A stretch of 62,419 bases of DNA, filler included, from Choristocarpus tenellus KU-1152 (lineage: Eukaryota; Protista; Phaeophyceae), in the NCBI GenBank assembly GCA_964200185.2. It is 9 parts of 9 records of this genome, joined end to end, with 100 filler letters (N's around TTAATTAATTAA, not from the genome) between each part and the next. Parts side by side here need not be neighbours in the genome. Positions count along the whole stretch, not along the records: positions 20,145 to 39,787 come from CAXNAD020000457.1; 8 more parts are not named here. One strand, 5' to 3'. Both the position numbers and the translations under genes were made by a program. Positions within the stretch are counted from its first letter, which is position 1, and each line of letters starts with the position of its first letter. Shown one piece after another: positions 25,401-38,324 of the stretch. A model generated the notes under the pieces. It saw only the letters and a list, made by a program, of their open reading frames with translations. It did no database searches and was not told where the DNA came from.

Positions 25401-26632
25401 CCATGTACCTATGGTCTACAATGGAAGCAACAATAGCGGGGTCACACTGAAGGAAACAGAGTTACAAACAAGATGGTAAACCAGAAGGAACAGAGGCAAG
25501 AGCACACGAAGAAAGACCATCCACAAATCACACGGGCAATAACAGATATGACAATGTTCCTCTAGCAAGGCTATACAATTTCACAACATGATGAAACTAA
25601 AATACTGAATAATGTTTTCCTCATATTTTACTCAAAACATCATAGATCTAATCGTGGCATTTACATCTGCCTCAGGTGGTCAACCTCCCATCACACTAAG
25701 GACACAGGATCTTGGTGCCATGTATCAAACAGAATTTCAACCCCATAAAGTCGTAGAACAGAACTAGTTCAACATTGGTAAAAATTAGTTAAATACCTCT
25801 ACATTTTGAAGCCAATAAACTCGCAACTGGTACACTATTCTGCCCTGTCTGAACAGCAATCTTCCTCAATTGGCACTGCTCTAGGTATGTGCTGTAGGAT
25901 GGAATTGAATTCAACAGGCAACGATCGACTTTTTCCTCAGGGTCTTCCTTATTACCTAAATTACCACAGATGCTACCTCCAAAAATATTTCTCTTGCAAT
26001 TAAAGAAAAATGGCGAGTTGTCAGCGTACGTTTTCCTCACCTTAAGCATTGGCTTGCATTCATGAAGTACACCTTTCCTGGCAGCTGTACTGAACTATAC
26101 AATTTATAAATATCTGACTCACTTGCATTACTCCAAGCACCTCAATTTGCAGCAACCACCTCGGGGCTATGTGTGCACTCTATATCTGAGCTGCAAAGGG
26201 GGGCAACATCCCATCAATCCAAATAGCACACTTGGCAGCGCCTTCAGAACGCAGCAACTTGTAGAAAGAGTGGAGGACATTTGTAATATTAAGGATGCCA
26301 AGCTGTTTTCAAGGTCTAGATAGGATTGTTATATAAGAAAAGAGAGCAGAACTTTGGACCGGGGCGGAGAGAGAAAGAGCTCCCTCTTGACCTCCTTTAG
26401 CCTCTGCACATGTTATCAGAAAGCAGTAGGCTGACTGGCTTGGAGCTTGAGTGACTGGAGTGGCACGCCCATTAGATTTTTATGTTTTGTGAGGCTCTTT
26501 TTTTAACTGAGCTACTGAAAAATACTCAGTTACCCTTTAAAGGGGGCTAGACACAGTATTAAGGTCAAGGGTGCAGGTTCCGGACTCGGGAAATCTGCCC
26601 TTCTCGCACAATTTTGTCATGTCATCAACTCC

Positions 26633-27402
26633 TTACACCTTGGCAGCGTTGGAGTTGGGTCCTAGGCGCTTGCCACCCACCCCCGTCACGACGTTAACGA
26701 AGCGTCGGTTGTACTGCATGCGCTTCTTTGCCCTGAAACACATTAAGGTGACGACCAGTCGGCATTGCAAGGCAAGGAGTGTTGGAACATAAACGTCGTA
26801 GTTAGGATAAAGACGACAGAAGTACCTCGCTACTAGTGGCGTTACTGCGTTGCCAGTATATTCTTTGTGAACAGAATTACAGTGGGATGAGGGTGCAGAT
26901 TCGACCCTTAAGCCGCCACAACCATACTTCAAGGGCGAGTCTGCAGGTTACAGCTATCAAATGTACAGATCATACTCAACAGGGTCGAATATTCCACCCT
27001 GACACGCAACGTACACTTCCTTCCACACCGGGAGGGTTCAGAGTCCTCAATTGGAAGTACTAATTCTTGAGGTTCGGGTATAAGGGGAAACGGACAGTAC
27101 AGGTGGCAACGAGAGATAGAAGGACTCCCTGTGCTAGGAGAAACCTATCATAAACGAAGCTCACATCATCACCCAAGATGGAATAAGTGTAGTTCAACAT
27201 ATTCTATGTTTAACACCTTACTATCTGGCACACACGAAACTTCATCGACTTCAGACAAGACCCTTGAGCGCATGGGTTGTGGCAATCAATCCTTAGTACC
27301 TCACCTGCCACGAGGCTGCTTCTTTTTCTCTCCCCTGTCAATCTTGGGAGTCTGACCCTTCACCTTACCGGCACGAGCCAGCGATCCGTGCACCTTCCCC
27401 AT
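26633..27402 (-). CDS. RPS30: 40S ribosomal protein eS30, complete, 65 aa. Exons 27305-27402 and 26633-26732
   Basis: [33 protein letters not shown]|[32 protein letters not shown]. Phase-2 GT-AG intron of 572 nt; no ubiquitin-like fusion. Confidence 0.98.
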
Positions 27403-29120
27403 CTTAGCAAAGCTGTACCTCGAGAGGTTGCTTCTTAGCCTTCTTCCTTTGTCGTGGAGAGCCTCACTGGACAGTAATCTTTGTGGCAGCCACCAAAAAA
27501 GTGTTGAAAGAGAAAACAAAAAATATAATCTCAGGTGACTCCGCGCGCAAAGGAATATTACTGTATGTACTTACGTTAAATGGTTTGCGTACTCCCTCAC
27601 CAATTGTATCATCCAATATACTTGACTTATGGGAGACTTGATAGACGGAATTGAGGCGGAGAGGAGAGGCAACTGTGGTATCGAGAGCAAATCGGACTTT
27701 AAAAGTTTTTGATCGCGGTTGAAGGATGGAATAGAAGGACCGTAAATCAACATGAACCAGGTGGAACCCTTCTGTGGTTGATGAAAAAAGGTGCTTCTTA
27801 GGCGGGCGACATGCCAGAAGAGTTGTAATAGCTGACGTATGTCATGCTGAAGCTGTAGTTAAGGATGCCCGAGTCGATCAGGGTACATGTACTGTTGACC
27901 ACTGCTCACTGAACCTTGTTTGTTCTCAATCGTGTATTTTCCTTTGTGTTCATTATTGAGTTCCTCTCTTGTCTTACGTGATATGCTACTAGTTGCACTT
28001 TGGATTGGATTGGATAGACAGGATGTCACTGAATGTTCCTATTCCACTTTCTCCCCACAGGACACAGCGATGAGGACGATGACGTGAAGGACGTCCTGCT
28101 AGTAGTTTATTATGCCCGGCTTATCCTGACTGGCTTTGGCTACGTTGACCTTTTTTTTTTTCTTCTACTCTGTAAACTATTTTTTGGTTGTGGATGCAGT
28201 AGTATACCTAACATTTTCTCAAGCACTTTCTCTCTGACTACCTTAACTAGAGATCAGTCCAATCAGCCCACAAATCTTTCCGTTTCTGTCTTGACCAATC
28301 AAATCCATCCAAACCCAACTGGAAGAACCAGATGACGTGGGGAGACATCTCTCGTCCCATGGCATCAGATAGGATCAGGTGAGAGAGCAAGGCCTCAGCG
28401 GGTTGAGCAACTGCTCAAAAGGACATACATCATCCAAATACTTGACACTATCCTATTACTCTGATGACCTCTGTAATTTCAAATGACCAGGTCCTTCATC
28501 CCACCAATAGAGGGTTCATCCCTAACCCTCACTGCGAATGAAAGAGGAGTTTTGACTATTTCAGGGCAATTGATCCAGTCTCAAAATTTGTGTTGTACTG
28601 CTACGATGTTACTGGGTTACAATTCATTTGCAGTACAGGTTCTTGAGCAATCCATGAGCTATGCTGGGTTGATCCAGGAATTGATTGCTGTGAACAAAAA
28701 CGAAGTACTAATAATTATATAGTGTAAAAATTATATAGTGTCATAGACAAGCAAGCCCCGGATGTAGTAAGCACACGATGTAGACATGTACATCAATGGA
28801 TAGACAACACACACACAAGTCATGCAAAACGCAACAACCAAGACTCCAAGAGGTCAGTAAACACCATGCCATTCCATCTCAAGCATCCCTGGCAACAAAT
28901 AGCGCTCATACAGAAAGAGGCATGTTACTGGGAAGAAAACAAAAATAGTTGCATTCCCATCCAAACCCCAATCACCCGTAACAATCTCATTTCAGCATGT
29001 GCGAAAGTGTAAAGGCGCAACAAGCAGTCCTTGTAGGGCATTGTCATGAACTGCGGCTCAATTGACTCTGGAAGAAACATCCCCCCTCCCCCCCTCCTCC
29101 TTGGCCGTTTTCCACAAAAG

Positions 29121-31287
29121 TCACGCCCTTCGAAACGGACGGTAGAGTCTCATACTTGGCTCTGTACAAGACAAGAATGGTTCCCATCCCTCTAGGTGGT
29201 CCATGTGGTACTGGAGTGTAAAAACCCGTGCTCTCTCTGCTATTTTGACCAACAGGCCCTGCACAGGGAGTTCACAGAGAGAATCGAGGCGTACAGAATG
29301 TGTGTTAGGAGCAACAAAATGGTTAATGAATGTTGCAGCTCTTCACTCATGGGATTTAAAAACCTCAAGACGGCCTTTCTCTGGAGGTGTTGGCAACAGC
29401 TTGGGTGTGTTCTGTTGAAAAGAGTGGGTGTGTATCAATGGACTTGCAGATGCTATCAAGCCATCTCGAAAGATGGTGGCCAAGGAACAAAAAGGTGCAA
29501 AGCCATGTACATCATGACGGCATTGGAGGTGAAGAATGTGCTCTAGATAAACTACAACTACAACTACAAGGCGTGCAACTTGTTGGTATTGTAAATCGAA
29601 TCATTTGGTGTTCATAAATCTTGCTGACTCAAGACTGTCAAAAAGCTTTTGATTAGAATCGATATTCACACATATTCTTCGGACGCTCTGAGCAGTAAGT
29701 GGAGTAGGAACAAAATTTAGGCGGATCACACTCCACAACCATGAAAACGTATCCAGTCAAGTAAGGATTTTAGTTCTCCTTCAAATAATTTGATTGATTT
29801 GTACTGATTCAATCGCTAAGATTCACAGCACTCGACACATTACAATATATCTGTATAGCATTTGAAAAATCTATTTACAACTAACTGCTCTTGCCTGCAA
29901 CTTTGTGAGGAGCGTGGGGTAAGCATACAAGTACACCACTGATGCTGATGCAAGACCAAGGTCATCGAAAGCCCTGGGCAGGGTTGCATCAGCACAATGC
30001 CAAGAGATCAATCCAGACACCCCCTCCGCCTCCCCAACAGCAAAGGCGAGATCGATGCATGCCTGAAAGTACAGAGAGTAGGCACGAGGGTGGAGAGGCG
30101 ATAGGCAATCTGCAGTGACTACACAATTTGAATACATCATTGGTAAGGCATGCAAGCCAAAAATCTTCGAGCAAAAGCAAAGATGACATCACGTAGCAGG
30201 CGACCACTTGCTTTTATCATGGTTTAGGTCATGTCGTAGGGGCGAGACTTCACCCCCAGTCTCAACTGGTTATGTCGGACATGGGTGGAAAACGGAGTAC
30301 GGTCCATTTTACCTGCGAAATATCGATGCCTATACCACGGCACCCAATGACCTTTGCAGCCGTCACGAGAACCCGCCCATCTCCACACCCAATGTCCACG
30401 ATAGTATCGGTTGCGCTTACACCTACAGAAAAAAAAATGGCAATGGGTTGGGCTTCAATGGGTCAACCTCAAAAGCTGAGGTTCGCATGTCTGGTAGCAA
30501 AATAAATACCACCCAGTATGTGGTATTTCTCCGTAATACACCGTGAAAATATCTTATACACATCACTAAACTACACAAGATATACCACATGAATGCTGGT
30601 GCTGACTGAGAACTGTAGTTCAAGTTGATTCGCAACCTGCCCATTGACAGCCAGCGGAGCAATTGGTCAGGACTATGTCGTCATACCTATAACAATAAAC
30701 AACGTGCTGCCCCTCAAAAGGAACACCGCTCATAGGAGATACCAACGATTCCTTGTCATCAAGCAAACGCAAAAAAGGCCTTGTCTTCCCGAACTCAAGT
30801 GTTGGAGGCGACAGGGACGGTGTCATTCCTGGCAGCAATAGGGCGAACGTCGGGAGCATATTTTACCTGCAAATCGAAAGAAAGCATCAATGCTTCCTTG
30901 TGTCGTAGGGAGATATGGACTCAGCCATGGGACTCCATCAAGCTTTCAGGGTGCAAGGGGGGAGACGGGGATGTTTTGAATTTGCAGATAGGGCAAAGAC
31001 GGACAACTACTCTTTCCGGATGCGAGCAGCTTCGTAACATGTGAATTTTTAAATGACGTGAATCACCAACAGCAGCGAGCTAGCATGAATAATCCATCTA
31101 GTATGCCACAATTGGTCTTGGAAGAGAGGAAAGGAATACCAATTACCTCTTGTTCGATCGCTTGGTCTAAGTGCTCGTCTTCAAGAATTTTGAACATCAC
31201 CCCATACTTATTCTGCAAGGAGGCCTCCACCTCCGCTGTATGAGAAGATATCTCGTCCATCACCATCGTTCCTCTCGACGTCGACAT
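29121..31287 (-). CDS. Class I SAM-dependent methyltransferase, FAM173 (ATPSCKMT/ANTKMT)-like, ~210 aa. Exons 31147-31287, 30867-30942, 30313-30422, 29895-30062, 29121-29258
   Basis: Spliced product has WLSPYLPTT, IVDIGCGDGRVLVTAAK..GCRGIGIDIS (motif I/post-I), ASVVYLYAYPTLL and ARVFTLQYH...GW...MRLY. All phases fit; intron 4 is GC-AG. Confidence 0.88.
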
Positions 31288-32068
31288 GGATGATAGGGTA
31301 GGGTGGGAATACAGTTGGTGGGAGTGTAAGTGAAATATGCCGACGCCTCCACCATAAGAATATACCAGAAAATGAAACGTCATTTTGACTGAAGTTTTCA
31401 CAATCAAACACACCGCTCTTAAAGAAGGTTTTGGCTATGCCTGAGCATTGGCGTGCTCAGCACTTACGTGCGCGTATCTCCAAGCGCAAATTGGAAGAAA
31501 GCAGCATAAGTGGTTTTGCGACTGTAACCCACACAGAAAGAGATGGTGGCCATAAAGCGAGGAACACGAGAGCCCTTCGAGCACTTCAAGTAAGAGCTAG
31601 AGGGGTTATGCGACCCTTTCACCTCCTACTGAAACCTTTTGATCATGATGTAGCTATGATCGCACCTTACTAGCAGTGCTTCTGCTCGATTGATAGTTGT
31701 CAGGGTAACACAAACTACAAGGGCTTTCCATGCAATATACTTCTTTCGGTAGATGCCAAGTTCTCCAGCATATCAAGAAGGGTCAAAGTATCTGGGGGGG
31801 AGTAGCGGCTGTCAATTTGGGGCCAATTTTTTCATGTCGCGATTTTTGGGTGACTTGATTCCGTACATTGGATGAACAATGAAAGTGCACTTTTCCTGGT
31901 TTTGTCCAAATGGACACTCTGGTGTAGACCCCCCCCCAAAAAAATACTTTGGGTCACAAGACGCTTTCCTCACCAATCTTCATCGCGGTGAGCTGCCAAC
32001 TTCTTTTCCATTTCCTCTCGCGTGCAAACTAGTGGGAAAAGGCGAATAATTCTTCTCTCCGCATTAAT
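31288..32068. promoter_or_regulatory. Probable bidirectional promoter region between divergent genes
   Basis: ATGs at 31287 (-) and 32069 (+) lie ~780 bp apart in CpG-retaining sequence; contains a MITE-A. Confidence 0.45.
31780..31955 (-). mobile_element. MITE family A
   Basis: GGGTCAAAGTATCT...AAATACTTTGGGTC; flanks AGAA/ACAA. Confidence 0.92.
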
Positions 32069-35000
32069 ATGTTGAAGGAAGAGGTGGAGAACCGGGAAGT
32101 GCTAAAACGTGCCAGTCACCACATTATTGTTGACCATCTGGTGAGCATATGAGCTTTTGCTCCAAGTAAAAAGTAGGAGAGGTAAGGCATACACTTGTAG
32201 AAAGTAACACGAACTGAAGAGATTTTTGTAACTTGTTTAGTTGTATTCCCTTCTATTATACAAGTAGGGTGACTTCACATAAAGTCTTGCTTGCTCATCG
32301 TTCTTACTCTTCACTCACCGATCAGATTCAAGTGCTGTCCAAAGACATACACTGCCTGTCTCGTCGCAACAAGGAGAAGTTGGATGTGCTGGTCGATTTG
32401 GACGAAAGGGTTAAAAAGCTCAAGGCTATGAACAATCATGGAATCGGAAACAGACCCTGGGCTGATCGCCAGGTAAAAACACAAGCATCAGATTGTGGAT
32501 TGAAGTGGACATGACGCTAAAACTGTTTCAGTTACCCTGCCTCGTCAGAGGATCACTCTATGTGGCAAATGGTTCTTTCAGGGCATGCCTTCGTGGTCCC
32601 TCTCTAGTGTACTCATCTCCTCACACTGTACCAAGTCGGTCCTTGAACCCTTATACGCTGGTACTGAGGATAGTCTGGGTGCGAACTTGATGAAGCAGCT
32701 TCTTTCTTGTTCTTTTTTGCATACACAATATTGTGTCACAAACTACATTGTTGCACGCCTTGCATCAAATCGAAAGATATCTCACAGTGTTATTCACCTA
32801 TTAGATGGTTCCTGATCCCCACAAAGAATCTTCTCTTCTCCAAAAACATAATAAGTTTCCCTTTTCTTTCACATCGCAACTGCAAACAATTAAAAACCTT
32901 TTCAATAAATTTATTTATGTATTTTTTCTCTAAAGTCGGATAAATTATGATATAGTACACATTCAATGTTTCATACTCCAAAGCAACACAGGATTATTCC
33001 TAGATAGTCCAAGTCAAGGTAAACGAGAGGTACCCACCCACGGTGGCATTTTAAGGATGCTGGAAAATATGTACAAAAAAAAAACTATTTTCACATATGC
33101 GTCTAGAATATCTTCAGAAATTGTGTCGAAGTTTTTCAAAAATAGAGAAATCAACATCATCAGGTCAAAGTTAGCACTTCATTCATACAAGTATGGGTGA
33201 GTTGAGAAGGATTAAATAACTGTCTTGAAATGCCAAAACGATCTAAACATGGGTACCTCTCGTTTACACTGGCTCAACAAAACTATCTCACTTGTTCTTA
33301 ATCGAATCAGTTGCTTGACAAAAGTCCCCCGGGTTCGATCACCTTCACTACTTCCTTTAGGTGAATGCAGCCCTCAGGGTAGACTTGGTCCACCAAAATT
33401 CGCTACTGTTCACAGACTGCTCAATATGTAGCAAACGCTTCCTCAAGAGCATTATTCAGAACCACGAGAAGTTCTGCCAAGGTGGAGTTCAGAGGTGAGG
33501 CTCAAAGTAACTGGGGGAGGTGGCGGCTGTCATTTGGGACCCATTTTTCCATGTCGCGATTTTTGGGTGAATTTGGTTGGATGTGTCAAATGGATAATGT
33601 AAGTGCACTTCTCCTGGTCAGGGTCTGAATTGACATCATGGTGTAGATACCACCCCTTCCCCAGATACTTGGAGCCTTAGAGAGATGCAGGCATGGCAAA
33701 GGGGTATGCAAATACTGTTCAAGGGCGGTAGTAAAGTCAAGGGAAAAACTACCACAGTGTCTGCTACATCATAGTTTCAAGCACAATATATCTTATGTGG
33801 AGATGGCGGGCACTTGACCTTAGCGGTAATCTTCTTAAATGGCACAGTGGAAATCATCCCTGGTCAGGAAAAGCTAGTGATATGTAAAGAGGGAGATGCA
33901 GTCAGCATTCATGCTGCTTTTTGAGGCGCACTGGTTGAGGGAACAGGTTTTACTCAGTTGCAAGCACGGAATTCTTGTCCAAAAGTTGTTCTTCGTGCTT
34001 GTAATAGTTTAGTAGTCCTAAAAAAAAATCAAAGTTGATGTTATACCAAAGTCAATTCGACCTAAAGACGACAGTGTAGTAATATGTTAAACTAAGTGGA
34101 GGTAACTTCCACGTTCTCATTGAATGAAAGTATCTTAGAGGGTACGATTTCTGCCCTGTTTGTCCATTTGGAGCTTGACTTCCCACAGGTTTTTAATGAC
34201 ATTTTACCTACTCCAAGATGTTCCGGAGTAGGTAAAATGTATCCATTATGAAAAGGTGTGGGCGGAACAAGGGTATTGACACCTTCTAACAAACATAATA
34301 GCAAAAATTTCATCAAAATTGCAAAATTGGATTTTGGCCCCCAAATGGACGCGACTCTACCCTCTAAGATACTTTGACTCCATTGTGTTGTTTGTGTGGC
34401 ATGGTTCAGGAAGCAAGCATTATAATTACAAACAGCCTTGCTACAGTATACAAAGTCAAGAGGTATGAACCAAGAGTGAAAAGAGACTTTTTTCTGGAAT
34501 TAAGCACTATTGTCTTCCAATAACAGCAGAAGCACAGTGTTCAGGTACATTTCAGAGGTGCTAATTGAGAGGAGAAAAATGGTACAATGCACTTGTAGGT
34601 ACTGTCAAATTATTGAGAAAGTTTGTCATGTCAAATCCTACGATGTATTGTGGGGAAATCTACATGTTCAGTGGGAACACAGGGGTGATGTGGTAGGTGG
34701 TAGAGGTGCCAAGATGATTTTTTACAACTGAGTGTGTGACACCTTTCCGTGGTTGATGACCTAGATGTGTTTTCCCCTTTTCCTTATATCGTCCTCTCAC
34801 ATGGACACCTATCTCACTTGGTCAGTTGTTGCACCATGCCATCCCCCACAAGGCCTTGACCTCCTCCCATCTTCCAATGGTCAATAATGGAACCACATAA
34901 CTGAACCTCACCCAAGCCACCTACAAGGTACGCCAACTAGGCAGTTGATCCTGGAAATGCTCCTGATGTAAATCTTTTTCCTTGGTTTGCATTTGTCCTG

Positions 35001-36974
35001 AAGGTCCTGATGTCCGTTCTCGACTCAATGGAAAATGTTCAAACTTTTCTTGAGGCTCATGAGAACTACTAATTGCACCAAGCTCTGAAGGAACAATATG
35101 CTTCCGTGATCAGAACAGGAGCACACCGTCCTTCAAATACCTTTTACGAAAAAGAAAATAGGCTGCCTAGTTGTTGGGTTGTGTATAAAGCATAGCATGC
35201 ACTGCTACCATGGGATGGATAGACTCATTGCAGCCGTTGATTGGCCAGTTTCAGCACAGAGTCATTTCTTAGTCTGATCCTCTTTCAATTGCAGTTGTGG
35301 ACTACTACGAAATCGGTGTTGGCGGTTTCTATTCTGGAGCACACTACCCACATCTGCCAAGAAAATTGCTGAGAAAACTCCACACATAGAATATCTACTA
35401 CTTCCAAATACTGACTTCCACATTCCACACTTTGGCACACCCCGGTGTAATCCCTCTTGCATGCCATGCCAGTGAGGAAGAATCACAGGACATGGACCAA
35501 GGGACAGGTGAGGAAGGGGGACAGACCCAAGGCGCACAACAGGTGACAAGGTGCAAACACTGTGGACACCCAGTGAAGGAGGCAAGGATGACTAAGCATG
35601 TGGAGTCCTGCAAGAAAAGAGTCAACAGAGCGGGTGAGTGCATATTGCAAATCCGCTTCTCAAGGGCACTGGTTTAGCCTGGGAACAAGGACAAGGAAAA
35701 TGAGCACTAGGACCTTGAGCTAGACAGGGATTCCAGAACCTGCACCTATTGAGTGTGCTGGGGGGCTAGTGGAGATACAGGAAGCCATGTTTCTCAAGAA
35801 TTGAAGGTATCTATACATGGCGCTAGATGAAGAGGGTGATATGTAGATTGCCTCATATTTTGCTCTGGGTAGTAAATGGTCAGTATGTTGTTGCTTAGGA
35901 CGTACATGTACCCTATGTTCTTCAAGTACTTTGTGGCAGTTACTGTTAGGATTAGGGTTACACAATAATTTAGTTCAGTGAACACCTTACCACATTCCTG
36001 TGATTTGCTCTCCCTAGCCTTTGGCTAATGTGTAGGCGTGTACCTCAAGTCTCGCTTCATATCTCTACGGTCAGGTGCATATCAGCTACAAATGATTTAG
36101 TGAGTGATGTTCTTGTGTATTGGCAACATTGTTTAGGAGCCCCGCAGCTCTGTAGGAATTGGATGGAGTGTCAAAATGTTGGCACTCAAAACCCACACAC
36201 AGAATTGAACCGTTGGCTATGAAACTGCACTTCTGGCTAATTTTAGTTGGCTTCAAGGTCTAAAATGTCCATACAGTTCACTTTCTCAAACCCCTTCAAT
36301 GACTGCAACTCATATTAGAACTTCGAACCATCTTCTTCATGGTACCTAACTAGACCTATTCTAGTGAGAAATGATTATAACATATCTTTATGCGGTTGAT
36401 CAATCCGAAGGAACAATCCATCTGCTCGAGCCAGTTACAACCAATGTTAAAAAACGCGGGAAAAAGTACCTTTTAAAAAGGTATTTGCTGCAGTGTGTGC
36501 CTGTGATCGTCTCCACATGAACCATCAACTCCTGAAACCCATTCTAAGTACAATCAATACAGCAAAAAAAGGAGGTAGATCCACTGCTGTAGTGTTTTTC
36601 GACCACTGTCGTATGAAAACACAATGGTTTGGACAGGAGAGACGGTCGGCAATGCATCCACTCGGAATTAGAGACAGTGGGTGGGCTGCCCCTCCAGTGC
36701 AGCTACTAAATTTCCGTAGGATCACCTCTCGGAGGGCATACCCCCCAAAACCCATAGACTGGTACCATCCTGCTCATTACTCATTGAAAATGTGGCAATC
36801 ATCACTAATTGACATACAACTGTGGTCAAATATGGCGCACATTCCCGGAACATCCAACTTGTACTCCTATTGACTCCAGGCAAGAACACCAATAATGAGG
36901 CAAGGAGTGTACTGGTGCACATGCCTCCTCGACCACCTCGCAATCTGCAGGTTGTCGGAAAAGGCTGCGACCAG
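32069..36974 (+). CDS. Protein with two C2HC zinc fingers followed by an FN3-like start, 3'-partial. Exons 32069-32140, 32326-32472, 33361-33494, 35473-35633, 36880-36974
   Basis: Phase-consistent GT-AG exons. CSICSKRFLKSIIQNHEKFC and CKHCGHPVKEARMTKHVESC (C-x2-C-x11-H-x3-C); PPRPPRNLQVV resembles an FN3 N-terminus. Confidence 0.75.
33499..33676 (-). mobile_element. MITE family A, at intron position +5
   Basis: GGCTCAAAGTAACT...AGATACTTGGAGCC; flanks TGA/TTA. Confidence 0.92.
34122..34380 (-). mobile_element. MITE family B
   Basis: GAATGAAAGTATCTTAGAGGGTA...TACCCTCTAAGATACTTTGACTC; 4-bp TSD CATT. Confidence 0.95.
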
Positions 36975-37185
36975 GTCAGTTTTGTTTGTGGGCACATTGG
37001 CCCTGAGAAAGGATTATTACTATCAGCCATCATCATGTGTGTTGACAAATATTGTTGGCCTTGAGAGTTCATTGCTTATTTAAAATCGTGTTTCTGTGAG
37101 ACTTTCTAGATTGCCCCAGATCTTACAAAGTCGCCTTGGACTATTGGTCTCGGCAAATATCAATATTGTTAGCTGGTATTGAGTT

Positions 37186-37445
37186 GAGTCAAAGCACTTA
37201 AGAGGGTAGGAGTTTTGGCCTGTTTGTCCGTTCGGGGATTGACTTCCCACGGATTTTCTGCCCTTTCTCGTGTTTTCTGTGTGAACACACATACCTAAAA
37301 TGGGAATAATTGACTATGAAAGGTGTGCCCGGAGCAAGGATGTTGACCCCAGCTAACAAACATGATAGCCAAAATTCATCAAAATTACAACACTGGATTT
37401 ATGATCCCGAATGGAAATGGCCCTACCCTTTGAATGCTTTGGGTC
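37186..37445 (-). mobile_element. MITE family B, diverged
   Basis: GAGTCAAAGCACTTAAGAGGGTA...TACCCTTTGAATGCTTTGGGTC; flanks GTT/ATT. Confidence 0.85.
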
Positions 37446-38012
37446 ATTAGCTAACCAGTGACTTTCTGTACTGTCCCGGAAGGAGGTGCTGTAGTCTCTG
37501 AGGGTACTACGAATAGAGTCCCATAGTCAGCACTACACACAAGCATAAATATTATGGGAAAAAAAAGGACTAACCAAACGAGGGAGATTCAAATGCCCCT
37601 ACCTCTCATAAGCTGCCTGCAACAACATAAAATATGTTGTGGGGTGATCTCAAGTTCTAACAGATAATGTCATAGTTCAATACAATCTTTATTGTGACAT
37701 GTGGTTCTTGCCATGGAAGTTGTACCTCCACCCGGTATTTGGCTGACATCGGAAGCAAGGATTGCCAAGGAAATCAAACAAACAGTTGAGGCGTATGTTT
37801 CCACAATTTTTTTGGTGTATGTGAGAAAGGGTGTTTTTTCCTTTAAATCAGGCGATGGTGCACTGGAAATCTTACGTTTCATCTTTCACACTTGTCTGAA
37901 CAAAATGGAAGCATGACCAAGAAATTCTTGTCCATCACTTCCCCCCAAAAAATGTCAAGTGGTGCTGTGAGAATTTTGGTAATATAGTGTTGGGAGTCAC
38001 CTCTAGGATGAT

Positions 38013-38324
38013 ACCAGTCTTGATTGTTTTGAAAGGGTTGCCCAACGAGTTAATCAGCGACTAGCATATCAAATGAAAGCTCTGGATCTAGGCTATCGAT
38101 TTACGCAAAGGAATTATTTCGCGAAATTATTTTGTTAAGGTTAAATTTTAAAGGAATGTTTTCGGCACAACCCTGAAAATGTTCCGAAATAAATTATCAC
38201 GACCAAAAATATTTTTCCGAAAGAATAACTTTGCATTAATCAATAGCTTAGATCCAGAACTCTCATTTGATATGCTAATAGTCGATTAAATCGTTGGGTC
38301 AACCTTAAAAAAATCAAGATTGGT
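38013..38324. mobile_element. Fold-back / long-TIR non-autonomous element (~312 bp imperfect palindrome)
   Basis: ACCAGTCTTGATT...TAGCATATCAAATGAAAGCTCTGGATCTAGGCTATCGATT is mirrored by AATCAATAGCTTAGATCCAGAACTCTCATTTGATATGCTA...AATCAAGATTGGT. Confidence 0.8.

Noticed and set aside
27035-27175. Box C/D snoRNA in the RPS30 intron (GTGATGA...CTGA)
   Set aside because: No proper terminal stem and no recognisable rRNA-antisense guide.
32069-35633. Calling the zinc-finger gene SGF11
   Set aside because: A second finger and a downstream FN3-like segment do not fit SGF11 architecture.
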